A stretch of DNA of 30,819 nucleotides from a virus (lineage: Duplodnaviria; Heunggongvirae; Uroviricota; Caudoviricetes), in IMG/VR virus record IMGVR_UViG_2740892433_000003; one strand, given 5' to 3'. Below, piece after piece: positions 1 through 8,278 of this stretch. Both the position numbers and the translations under genes were made by a program. Each line of letters begins with the position of its first letter. Positions within the stretch are counted from its first letter, which is position 1. Under the pieces are notes generated by a model, which saw only the letters and a list, made by a program, of their open reading frames with translations, did no database searches and was not told the origin of the DNA.

Positions 1-219
1 TTACATCCACATAATTTGCTGCCCTGACGGCAACGGGTGCGGTCTTACGGCGTGGACTTCTCCCGGCTTCACGATGTATCGCTGTACCGACTCATAAGTG
101 ATGAACGTGGCGCTGCAATTCACGTTCTGACACTGGTGATAACGCTCTTTTGTCGTGTCAGTGATATAGCGACTTGTACGCGCATGTGCGGCATGCTGGC
201 ATAAAGGACAATGAAACAT
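1..219 (-). CDS. ogr: Ogr, zinc-finger activator of late transcription
   Basis: 72-aa product MFHCPLCQHAAHARTSRYITDTTKERYHQCQNVNC... with a C-x2-C-x22-C-x4-C motif; ATG at 219..217 preceded by GGAAGAGG; the ORF track extends the N-terminus via a TTG at 282 (an in-frame ATG at 255 is an alternative). Confidence 0.85.
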   Translation of the reverse strand: MFHCPLCQHAAHARTSRYITDTTKERYHQCQNVNCSATFITYESVQRYIVKPGEVHAVRPHPLPSGQQIMWM

Positions 220-300
220 CGCGAGCACCTCTTCCGGTTTTGTTGATGGTGCCATTTTAGTTAATTTATCCTTATAAAACAAATAGATAAAATAAAAACA

Positions 301-1464
301 TCACCCATCATCTTCTGTTTCGTACTCCACATCAGAAAGCCTGACCTCAAGCTCTAAGGACGTCGTGAAGCCGCTATTATTCAGAAAATGTGTCACCTTA
401 GTGATTGTCCAGTCCTGCTCGTCTATGACGCGCTTAAAGCCTGACACTTTAACCGGTGTTTCCGTGTAAATATCTGCCCGACCGGTAGCCAGGCTGATGG
501 AAAACTCCGCGACGCCCCGTTGCAGTTTGTCCCACTTCGCCTGAGCGGCGCGCATGGCCTGTGCTTTCGTGGCATAAACCGTGGTCAGGGCAAAAACGTT
601 GTCAGCCTCACCGACCATGTATTCACCTTCGCGCGCTTCCGGTACTTTTGGCGCTTTCTTCTGCGTGACCGGTTTCGCTTTGGGGTGCTCCAGTGCGCGC
701 AGGTGTTTCTCTTTCTTTTTGCGTTTCAGTTTTACCTTCTGCTTTTGCGGCTTCGGGTCTTTGGTGTGTAACCACTTTGCCGTTACGCCGGTGTAGGCTC
801 CACGGTCAGCAATCGCAAAATGATGACGGTCGCCGTCGCTGCGGGTTATGGTAATCTGCGGGATTTTTTTACCGCTGGCCGTCACTCCCTGCCCCGCTTT
901 GAGAAACAACAGTTTTCCCATTTTTACCGACACCTCACCGCCGTTGCGTTCAGCAAGGCGGGTCAGGAATTTTGCATCAGACTCCTGCGACTGGTCGATG
1001 TGCGGGATTTTAATTCCGGCCAGTGACGGCGCGACACTGGCTTCCAGCCTGTTACGGGAGGCTATCACCTCAACAATCGCACCGAGCGTGGTGTCATGCC
1101 AGGAGCCTTCACGGCGGGAATTGAGCGTCCCGCGAAAATCTGCACTCCGGGCGCGGATGGTAACCACATCCGGCGCGCCCCGGTGTTCAACCTCATCAAC
1201 GGTAAATTTCCCTTTGCATACCAGGGCAAAACCTTTCCAGCCGATATACACCGTCAGGACAGCGCCACGAATCGGTAGCCCGACCTGCCCGTCGGCATCG
1301 CTCAGTTCAATATCAAGCTGGTCAGCCTCAAAGCCCCGGTTATCCGTCAGGGTCATGCTCATCAGACGGTCGCTGATATTGCCGGTAATATCCCTGCTGT
1401 CGAGCATCAGCATGTAATCCGGCGTCAGCGTACTGCCTGCATCAAATGTCAGTGCATCCAGCAT
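301..1464 (-). CDS. D: Tail protein gpD (late gene D)
   Basis: 387 aa, same length and position as P2 gpD; start ATG overlaps the U stop (TAATG). Confidence 0.9.
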   Translation of the reverse strand: MLDALTFDAGSTLTPDYMLMLDSRDITGNISDRLMSMTLTDNRGFEADQLDIELSDADGQVGLPIRGAVLTVYIGWKGFALVCKGKFTVDEVEHRGAPDVVTIRARSADFRGTLNSRREGSWHDTTLGAIVEVIASRNRLEASVAPSLAGIKIPHIDQSQESDAKFLTRLAERNGGEVSVKMGKLLFLKAGQGVTASGKKIPQITITRSDGDRHHFAIADRGAYTGVTAKWLHTKDPKPQKQKVKLKRKKKEKHLRALEHPKAKPVTQKKAPKVPEAREGEYMVGEADNVFALTTVYATKAQAMRAAQAKWDKLQRGVAEFSISLATGRADIYTETPVKVSGFKRVIDEQDWTITKVTHFLNNSGFTTSLELEVRLSDVEYETEDDG

Positions 1465-1943
1465 TATCCCGCCCCCGTCATACCCGTGAATTTAGTCGCC
1501 ATACTGCCAGCCTTACCGATGAGCGACTCCGCCTGTTTACCGATATCGCCATAAAGCGCGGCCAGTGATTCATCAACGCGGGTGAGCGACAGCGTAAAAT
1601 CAATTTTCCGGGGTGTGCCGTCTGCAAAGAAAATACTCCCTGTTTCACTCACCCTGCTGATGACATACATGCCGTAAATCATGCCGGTGCCATCCAGCAA
1701 CGGCCACGCCCGGCCTTCCTCTGCCATCAGTCTGAGCGTGGTCATCGTCAGCTTTCCGCCGGTCAGTTCGGGATAAAGCACACCGGCCAGCGTGATGTTT
1801 TCCTCACCCACACCGAGAAACTGAAAGGCGTCCCGTTTACCGATACGGGAATTTGACGGCCAGCGATAATCTGATTCACGCTGCATGGTCTGGTGTGGCA
1901 GCGTCTGGCGCATAAAAACAAACATACCTAACGCGAGCATCAT
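1464..1943 (-). CDS. U: Tail protein gpU
   Basis: 159 aa, P2 gpU length and position between T and D. Confidence 0.9.
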   Translation of the reverse strand: MMLALGMFVFMRQTLPHQTMQRESDYRWPSNSRIGKRDAFQFLGVGEENITLAGVLYPELTGGKLTMTTLRLMAEEGRAWPLLDGTGMIYGMYVISRVSETGSIFFADGTPRKIDFTLSLTRVDESLAALYGDIGKQAESLIGKAGSMATKFTGMTGAG

Positions 1944-1957
1944 TTTTCGTCACCTCC

Positions 1958-4405
1958 TTAACCGTCATGCATCATGCTGGCACGGGCGCGCGCACGTTTA
2001 TCCCGCTCGTATTTTTCGAGCGCATCCTGTAACTGGCGGTCAAGCTGTGTCCCCGGCGCAGTACCACCCGTCAGGCTGATGTGATATTCGTTTTTACTCT
2101 GGTCCACATAAGAGCGGCCAGCCGGTGCCGTGACCGGCTGATAAGCCTGATAGCCTGCATAAGAGCTGGTCGCCGGAATATAACCACCGGTGCCATACGT
2201 GGCGGCATGAGTTCTGGCGGCGGTCTGGTCAAGTGTGTCTGACTCTTTGTTGATGACCCCGAGCTTTTCCAGTACCCAGTCAATGCCGCTGCGCAGTTTG
2301 TTGAACGCATTAAGCGGCAGCATCAGCGCGTCAGCCAGTGCCTGCCCGAACATGACACCCGTATCACGGCAACGGTTCAGGGTGTCCTGTGTGGCTTTGA
2401 CCGGGGCAATCAGGTTTTTAAACCACTGCCACGCGGCCTGTAACTTTTCACCCAGCCAGTCAAACACCGGCTTAAGTGGCGTGAACAGTTCCCCCACTGG
2501 CGCAAATGCCGCTTTCAGCCCTTCAACCACACCGCCAAAGAATGCGCTGACAGGCTCCCAGTATTTACGGATAAGCAACGCCCCGGCGACAATGGCGGCC
2601 ACCACGGCCACAACCGGCCAGCTAATCGCCCCGATGGCCGTCATAACAGCACTGCCAACCGTCGTGAAGATTGCTCCCATTGCGCCTGCTGCCGCGATAA
2701 TGGCATTGATGCCGGTGATAACCGGCCAGGCTACGAGGCCAATGGCACCGATGACACCAGTCAGTGCCAGTGCACCACCGGCAATGATGCCGATGGTTGA
2801 CGCCAGTGATTTGTTTTTCTGGATCCAGCCGTCGAGTTTTAACACATACTTTGTGGCCGTCTGCGTGAGCTTACGCAGTGCGCCTTCCTGCTGGTCAAAC
2901 AGGTCAGTCCCCACCGCCTCATAAGCGGACTGAAACTCCTTAAAGTCACCGCCGAGATTGTCCTGCATAATATTTACCAGCTCTGCGGTCTTCCCGTCTG
3001 AGGCTTTAAACGCAGCAGTCAGTTTGTCCAGCTTTCCGGTTGAGGCGGCAGTCATCAGCACGGCGGCGGCTGAGCTGGCTTCCTCCCCGAAAATGGTTTT
3101 CATGTATTCGGCCTGCTGGGCAGTACCGAGCCGGTTTTTCTCAAAACTGGCCTGCATTTCTTTCAGAATGGTAAATATTGGCCGGGTGTTTCCCTTGCTG
3201 TCTGAGGTTTTCACGCCAAGCTCTTTGAGTGCATCCCATGCTTTTCCCGTTGGTGCCTGCAGGCGACTTAACACGGCACGGCTTCCCGTCCCCGCCATTG
3301 AGCCTGTAATTTTTGCATCATGCAGCGCCCCGACCATTGCGGCGGTTTCTTCAATGCTGACACCGGCATTTTTTGCCACAGGTGCGGCATAGGTCAGCGC
3401 ATCGCTCATGCCGTCAAAATCGGCGGCGGTTTTGTTCATCGTCATGGAGAGAACATCCCCGATATGAGCGACCTTATCGTTTGAAAGCTGAAAGGCGGAT
3501 TTCATCCCCATCAGCAGGGCGGCGTTTTCTTCCATCGTGCGGCGGTTCGCCAGCGCCATATTCAGCGTGACCGGCGTTGCCGCCTGAATAGCCGCAGCAT
3601 CTCCACCCGCTTTCGCAATGATAATCTGTGCACCGGCCGCATCATCCGCCGAGGCGGCGGTGTTGTCGCCGAGCTGGCGCGCCTGTTTGCGGAGCGCGGC
3701 CATTTCGGCGGAGTCTTTTGCCACACCGAGCACAGCCTGCAATTCTGAGTTTTTCTGCGCAAACTCATAACCGGGCATCAGCAGCTTAACTCCGGCCATC
3801 GTTCCCGCCGCCGCAATCCCCACACCGGCAGCGCCCACCGAGGCCATATTTCCGGCCAGTTCCTTGCCTGCCTGATAACGCTGTTTGACTGCGTTAAGTT
3901 TTGCCTGTTGCGCACTGACACGCGCCAGCGCGTCGCGCTGACGGTTAAGCTGTGCGGTGGTTTCACTGATACGGTTTTTCAGCCCTCGTTCATCATGCGC
4001 CAGATTACGGGTATTAATACCCGCCTGACTCAATTCCTGACGCTGGCGCTGTACCGACAATCTCAGGCTGTTATATTTCGCCTGTAACTCAGACGCATTT
4101 TTACGCGCGGCTTCCATTGCCTTTGCCTGTGCATTTGTCGGTCGTTCAGTATTTTTAAACTGGACAGCCAGAGCTGCGGCTTCCTGTCTGGCTTTTTTCA
4201 GTTCCTGACCAGTCACGGCGAGCTGTGCGCTGGTCTTGCGAAATCCCTCAATACGGGATGCGTGACCGTTCAGCTCGCGCAGTGATTTTTGTGTTTCCCT
4301 GATATCCCCCGACAGCGACTTGCTCGCTGTACGGATGGATTTAAACGGGCGGGATGCCTGGTCAACAGCCCTGAGCAATACCTGTAATTTTACATTGTTA
4401 CTCAT
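1958..4405 (-). CDS. T: Tail tape measure protein gpT
   Basis: 815 aa, Ala/Gly-rich with coiled-coil and hydrophobic stretches typical of tape measure proteins; P2 gpT length. Confidence 0.92.
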   Translation of the reverse strand: MSNNVKLQVLLRAVDQASRPFKSIRTASKSLSGDIRETQKSLRELNGHASRIEGFRKTSAQLAVTGQELKKARQEAAALAVQFKNTERPTNAQAKAMEAARKNASELQAKYNSLRLSVQRQRQELSQAGINTRNLAHDERGLKNRISETTAQLNRQRDALARVSAQQAKLNAVKQRYQAGKELAGNMASVGAAGVGIAAAGTMAGVKLLMPGYEFAQKNSELQAVLGVAKDSAEMAALRKQARQLGDNTAASADDAAGAQIIIAKAGGDAAAIQAATPVTLNMALANRRTMEENAALLMGMKSAFQLSNDKVAHIGDVLSMTMNKTAADFDGMSDALTYAAPVAKNAGVSIEETAAMVGALHDAKITGSMAGTGSRAVLSRLQAPTGKAWDALKELGVKTSDSKGNTRPIFTILKEMQASFEKNRLGTAQQAEYMKTIFGEEASSAAAVLMTAASTGKLDKLTAAFKASDGKTAELVNIMQDNLGGDFKEFQSAYEAVGTDLFDQQEGALRKLTQTATKYVLKLDGWIQKNKSLASTIGIIAGGALALTGVIGAIGLVAWPVITGINAIIAAAGAMGAIFTTVGSAVMTAIGAISWPVVAVVAAIVAGALLIRKYWEPVSAFFGGVVEGLKAAFAPVGELFTPLKPVFDWLGEKLQAAWQWFKNLIAPVKATQDTLNRCRDTGVMFGQALADALMLPLNAFNKLRSGIDWVLEKLGVINKESDTLDQTAARTHAATYGTGGYIPATSSYAGYQAYQPVTAPAGRSYVDQSKNEYHISLTGGTAPGTQLDRQLQDALEKYERDKRARARASMMHDG

Positions 4406-4825
4406 TCGTGTTTCCGCTTCGCCGGAGCGCCTTTTCGCGCCATGTGATGAGTTCGGTCAGACTCATGGGATACAGTTCTGATGGCGGCCAGTGAAATATC
4501 ACTGCCACATCCGCCATCAGGTCATCGACCGAGAGATTTTTCGGGAACGTTACTGCACCGAGTTCGGCGACAAAAAACCGACCACCTTACCGGCCAGCGC
4601 CACAAGGTCAGGCAGTTCCAGCGCGGCAACTTCCTGTTCGGTCAGCATCGGTGCCGTCATGCGCGGCAGCACTTTAATCAGTGCATCGACTTCGGAGTTC
4701 GCGACCGCAGCCAGACTGACACCGCGCAGCGTCCCGGCATTGGGTTTCATTAGCGTGACCTGTTCGATGACCTGCTCACCACGCTTGACCGGATTGTCCA
4801 GGGTAATCACATTTTCTTTGTTCAT
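4398..4825 (-). CDS. E+E': gpE+E' tail assembly chaperone made by a programmed -1 ribosomal frameshift
   Basis: Slippery T TTT TTG at 4577..4571 (minus strand); the -1 frame then stays open for 58 codons (VAELGAVTFPKNLSVDDLMADVAVIFHWPPSELYPMSLTELITWREKALRRSGNTNE) to TAA at 4400..4398, overlapping the T start ATG (4405..4403). Predicted product ~143 aa against ~142 aa for P2 E+E'. Confidence 0.65.
4550..4825 (-). CDS. E: Tail assembly chaperone gpE
   Basis: 91 aa, P2 gpE length; C-terminus ...GKVVGFLSPNSVQ, with GGT TTT TTG containing the slippery heptamer. Confidence 0.9.
   Translation of the reverse strand: MNKENVITLDNPVKRGEQVIEQVTLMKPNAGTLRGVSLAAVANSEVDALIKVLPRMTAPMLTEQEVAALELPDLVALAGKVVGFLSPNSVQ
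4571..4577 (-). other. Programmed -1 frameshift slippery heptamer TTTTTTG (E to E+E')
   Basis: Plus strand reads caaaaaa, minus strand TTTTTTG, at the 3' end of E; the downstream -1 frame is open to the T start. Confidence 0.65.
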
Positions 4826-4881
4826 GGTTTTCTCACTTCTGAATCAGGGTTAACCGGTCAGCCTGGCTGACCGGATGAAAA

Positions 4882-5400
4882 TCACAGGCCGATATTGCGG
4901 CGGTGTTGCTCCAGCCGGTCGACGCCGTTCACCTTCTCAATCATGTTGATGGTGTCAATTTCGACCAGCTCCTTACCGTCCATCGTCAGCCGGAAATAGG
5001 TGCAGACCACGGAGATTTTCGACTCGGTATCTTCTCCCTGTTTCCCCTCGCCGGTGTCGATTTCTTTCTGACGTCCACGCATGACTACTTCGACGGCCAC
5101 CGTTTCGCCGGTATCGTCGCGCTGGTAAGAGCCAGCAAAACGAATCGGCACGGCATCCACGCCGGTTGCGGCGTAAAGCTCCCAGATAACCGAATCCGGG
5201 AAGCCCCCGAGCGACCACTCCATTGACAGCGCATCGTCATCAAGGCCGAGGTCTACCGGTGCGCTGCCGTTCATCCCCGCACCGCGATAGTTTTCGAGCT
5301 TACGGGTCAGTTTTGGCAGCGTGACGGACTTTGCAACGCCCTGATAGCTGTAGCCGTTCAGAAAGACGTTCATTAACTTGAGTTTGCGCGGCATTGCCAT
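4882..5400 (-). CDS. FII: Tail tube protein gpFII
   Basis: 172 aa, P2 FII length and position. Confidence 0.9.
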   Translation of the reverse strand: MAMPRKLKLMNVFLNGYSYQGVAKSVTLPKLTRKLENYRGAGMNGSAPVDLGLDDDALSMEWSLGGFPDSVIWELYAATGVDAVPIRFAGSYQRDDTGETVAVEVVMRGRQKEIDTGEGKQGEDTESKISVVCTYFRLTMDGKELVEIDTINMIEKVNGVDRLEQHRRNIGL

Positions 5401-5412
5401 CGGTCAGGCTCC

Positions 5413-6603
5413 TTAATTGCTGTTAACCGAGGTGACCAGATTTGCCAGGTATTTATCGGTAATACGCTGGCGCAGGGTCAGGTTTTCAAGAGGAGGCACC
5501 GGGGTATAGTCGTAGTCGATATACAGTTTTCCGGCCTTGAGGGTTTCCGCATCGTTGGATTCTTCGCTGAACCAGCAGGTCGCATCCACGATATAGCCGT
5601 TTGTTTTCAGCTCACGGAATTTGGCATTAATGCCGTCAACGATGTCGCGAATCAGCGTTGCGGTGATGGGCTTGTCCACCGCCCACATGTGCGCCTCAGC
5701 CATCGTGTCGGCCAGCACCTGCGCGGTGCGGGTGTAGTTTTCAAAGAGGAACAGCGGGTCATCAGAGCAGGTACGGTTACCCCAGAAGCGGAAACCGTCG
5801 CGGCGAATCAGCGTTGTGACACCAGACTCGTTAAGCAGGTCAGCATCGGTGCCGGACTCCTGCAAATCCCAGAAGACGGATGCGCTGATGCCGGTAACAC
5901 CGTTCACCCCGACATTGGACAGCGTTTTATGCCAGCCCTGCTCCTGGTCGATTTTAGCGCGCAGACCCAGCGCACGGGCGGTGGCATACGCGGTGGCGGT
6001 GGTACTGCTGACCGTATCCCATGCGAGGAAATCCGGCCAGATGACCATCAGCTCACGCTGGCTGAAATTCTGACGGTAGGCTTTCACCTCGGAAATGGTT
6101 TTACAGTCCCATGCGCTGATATACCCGAAAGCGCGCAGCTTCTGACAGACTGATGCCAGTGCAACAGCCACCTCTTTGGTGTCCAGTCCCGGCACACCGA
6201 GAATACGCGGTTTAACACCGGTTACCGACTCCGCCGCCAGCAGGGCTTTCAGTCCGGTGTACTGACCATTTTCGTCGGTGGTGCCGATGATATTGGAAAC
6301 GGTCTGCGCGAGTTTCGTTTCTTCGTCGTCGCCGGTGCCGTCTTCCACGCGCACAACAACGGTGACCGGTTTTGACTGGTCTGCGATGGCCTGTAACGAC
6401 GCCGCCAGCGTGCCTTTTTTACCGGCCTTTGCAATTGCGCTCTGCACATTGGTAATCAGCACCGGTTTATTGAGGGGGAAGGTTTCCGCATCCGCATCGC
6501 TGGCCGTGCAGACCATGCCGACAATGGCCGTGGATACGGTGGAAATGACGCGGGTGCCGTCGTTAATTTCCAGCACCTGCACGCCGTGATGATAGTCACT
6601 CAT
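5413..6603 (-). CDS. FI: Contractile tail sheath protein gpFI
   Basis: 396 aa, P2 FI length; GGAG RBS 8 nt upstream of the ATG at 6603..6601. Confidence 0.92.
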   Translation of the reverse strand: MSDYHHGVQVLEINDGTRVISTVSTAIVGMVCTASDADAETFPLNKPVLITNVQSAIAKAGKKGTLAASLQAIADQSKPVTVVVRVEDGTGDDEETKLAQTVSNIIGTTDENGQYTGLKALLAAESVTGVKPRILGVPGLDTKEVAVALASVCQKLRAFGYISAWDCKTISEVKAYRQNFSQRELMVIWPDFLAWDTVSSTTATAYATARALGLRAKIDQEQGWHKTLSNVGVNGVTGISASVFWDLQESGTDADLLNESGVTTLIRRDGFRFWGNRTCSDDPLFLFENYTRTAQVLADTMAEAHMWAVDKPITATLIRDIVDGINAKFRELKTNGYIVDATCWFSEESNDAETLKAGKLYIDYDYTPVPPLENLTLRQRITDKYLANLVTSVNSN

Positions 6604-6700
6604 CCGTTTAACTCCGTGGTTAATGGGTGCAACTATTTTCCGTTGGGTAGTGCATGAGACGCTATTTGACCTGGCTGGTCAGTGGATGAAACAACAGATA

Positions 6701-6725
6701 AAGAAAAAGCGGGCAATTCGCCCGC
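6701..6725 (-). terminator. Rho-independent terminator ending the G/cargo transcript before FI
   Basis: Perfect stem gcgggc(6709-6714)/gcccgc(6720-6725) with loop aattc; on the minus strand it is followed by UUUUUCUUUAUC (6708..6697). Confidence 0.6.
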
Positions 6726-6726
6726 C

Positions 6727-6744
6727 TGTCCTGATTTGTACACA
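6727..6744 (-). promoter_or_regulatory. Candidate Ogr-dependent late-promoter element (TGT-N12-ACA dyad) upstream of FI (putative P_F)
   Basis: Exact TGTcctgatttgtacACA (TGT 6727-6729, 12-nt spacer, ACA 6742-6744), ~130 nt upstream of the FI start. P2 late promoters carry a TGT-N12-ACA dyad near -55 (recalled). Position relative to the transcription start is not verified. Confidence 0.3.
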
Positions 6745-6932
6745 CTCATTTTCCGACTGACAATTTACATAACCCAAAAGTTATCAAATCTGACAGTCTG
6801 CTTTGATCAAGAAGCGGACATTTGCCTGTCAGGGTATATGCCGCTCTGCGGTTATTATCCAGAATCAATAATTCATCTGAGTTGGATTACATATAAAACA
6901 TAGTTATCCCATGAATAACCATTAGCAGATCA

Positions 6933-7526
6933 TCAATTATGTAAATCTTTTGTTTCAGGTTTTTTGAGGTGTTGTGACAACAAATGGCTATAGCGTTTAA
7001 GCAAAATATTAGAAAGATTAAACTCATTCATGAAGTGTTCTTCTAATAAGTAACCATCAATATCAACTTTAATATCATTATTGCTTTTCATCTTCTGTAA
7101 CGTAGATTTTACACACTCCAGCAGGATGCTTTGCTCATTGTAATAGTCCATAAGAAGAGTAACATCCTCTTTATCAAGTTTACTTAATTCACTGAAGTAG
7201 GCTTTAAACACTTTATCAGTCTGGTTTAATGCAACCTGTAAGCGAGGCCCTCCTAATGATTTGACATTAATGGCAAAAGGCTCGCCAACAAAATGCTCCG
7301 AATTTTCGTCAAAGCCAATATGTCTCGTTTTATCAAGAAAAGTGAGAGCGCGATGGTTATTAGCGATTTCATATGCAAACATTGTTCTGATACTGTCCCT
7401 CTCAGCCTCCATGCTTATATCATCACGGTGATTTGTGTAAAATATATTTCCAACAAAGAGAACCATAGCAAGAATCACTGAACTTGCCTCCCAGTTAATA
7501 TTTTTTAATCGTCGCTTAGTAAACAT
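6933..7526 (-). CDS. Hypothetical single-pass membrane protein (197 aa) in the Z/fun cargo position; candidate superinfection-exclusion or abortive-infection protein
   Basis: ATG at 7526..7524 with AAGGTG RBS 5 nt upstream; N-terminal basic segment MFTKRRLKNINWE followed by hydrophobic helix ASSVILAMVLFVGNIFY; AT-rich codon usage unlike flanking G and FI; sits exactly between G and FI. Confidence 0.75.
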   Translation of the reverse strand: MFTKRRLKNINWEASSVILAMVLFVGNIFYTNHRDDISMEAERDSIRTMFAYEIANNHRALTFLDKTRHIGFDENSEHFVGEPFAINVKSLGGPRLQVALNQTDKVFKAYFSELSKLDKEDVTLLMDYYNEQSILLECVKSTLQKMKSNNDIKVDIDGYLLEEHFMNEFNLSNILLKRYSHLLSQHLKKPETKDLHN

Positions 7527-7747
7527 ACCGCACCTTAATTATCAAAAATATTCCTTCAGTGTTATCTGGTTAGCCTAAACCAAGTCATTAAAGTCCGCAG
7601 GATATCATATACATAAAATGTATTGATTAGAATTTGCACTAATAAAATAATGCTTTACTAAAATCTACTCCAGACACAGAGCGGTCTGTCAGATTAGGCT
7701 TTACTCTGTGCTATAGATATGTAAGCTCACACCAGAGATCATACAAC

Positions 7748-8275
7748 TTATTGCGGCATTTCCGGCCATTCGGGATTTGCAGGATCCACACGACTGACCA
7801 GAACGCTGTAGCGTTCCCATGCTTCCAGTCGGCTGCGTTCCTCATCCGTCGCCATATTCAGCCTGACAGCGCGTTCCAGCGGAAAAATCACGGATTCAGC
7901 TTCGGAAAGTAAAGCTGCCTTTTGTGATTCTGCCTGTTGCTCCTGTTCATCTGCCGTATAAATCCGCTTAATCACGGCACCATCCTTAAACATCCATTTA
8001 CCTGAGTCATCAGCACGTCGGTTGGAGGTAATATCAGGAACCTCGACAACGCTGAAACCTTCAGGGTTAAGCGTTGAAGCATCTCTGGTGATGCCGACAA
8101 TTATATTATTCTCGTCGTAAACAATCTTTATCGTGTCTTCCTGAAAATTACTTACTTCCTCATACCAGTTTTTTCCCTCTTCGGACCATAACCAGATAAC
8201 ATCAAAATTTTTTGTCAGTTGATATTGGGCAACAGTTTTTGGATTACCCGCAGTAATATTTTTTAAATGCTGCAT
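7748..8275 (-). CDS. G: Tail fiber assembly protein gpG
   Basis: 175 aa, P2 gpG length, immediately downstream of H. Confidence 0.88.
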   Translation of the reverse strand: MQHLKNITAGNPKTVAQYQLTKNFDVIWLWSEEGKNWYEEVSNFQEDTIKIVYDENNIIVGITRDASTLNPEGFSVVEVPDITSNRRADDSGKWMFKDGAVIKRIYTADEQEQQAESQKAALLSEAESVIFPLERAVRLNMATDEERSRLEAWERYSVLVSRVDPANPEWPEMPQ

Positions 8276-8278
8276 AAA

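Noticed and set aside
1-282. Extended N-termini in the ORF track (ogr from 282, X from 15744, L from 16244, P from 19161, A from 27246, C from 29371, and others)
   Set aside because: These begin at TTG or GTG codons without an RBS; downstream ATG codons with Shine-Dalgarno sequences give products matching P2 protein lengths.
848-1417. Long antisense ORFs inside tail, capsid and terminase genes (for example 848..1417 +, 2235..2924 +, 8619..9500 +, 10122..10832 +, 16281..16880 +, 19218..19928 -, 20442..20891 -)
   Set aside because: Each lies wholly within and opposite a well-supported P2-homologous gene, has no convincing RBS, and has a biased Arg/Ala/Ser-rich composition; these are shadow frames of GC-rich coding DNA.
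6682-6903. 73-aa plus-strand ORF in the FI to cargo intergenic region
   Set aside because: It spans the terminator hairpin and the candidate late-promoter dyad, has no RBS and is low complexity; the region is better explained as regulatory DNA.
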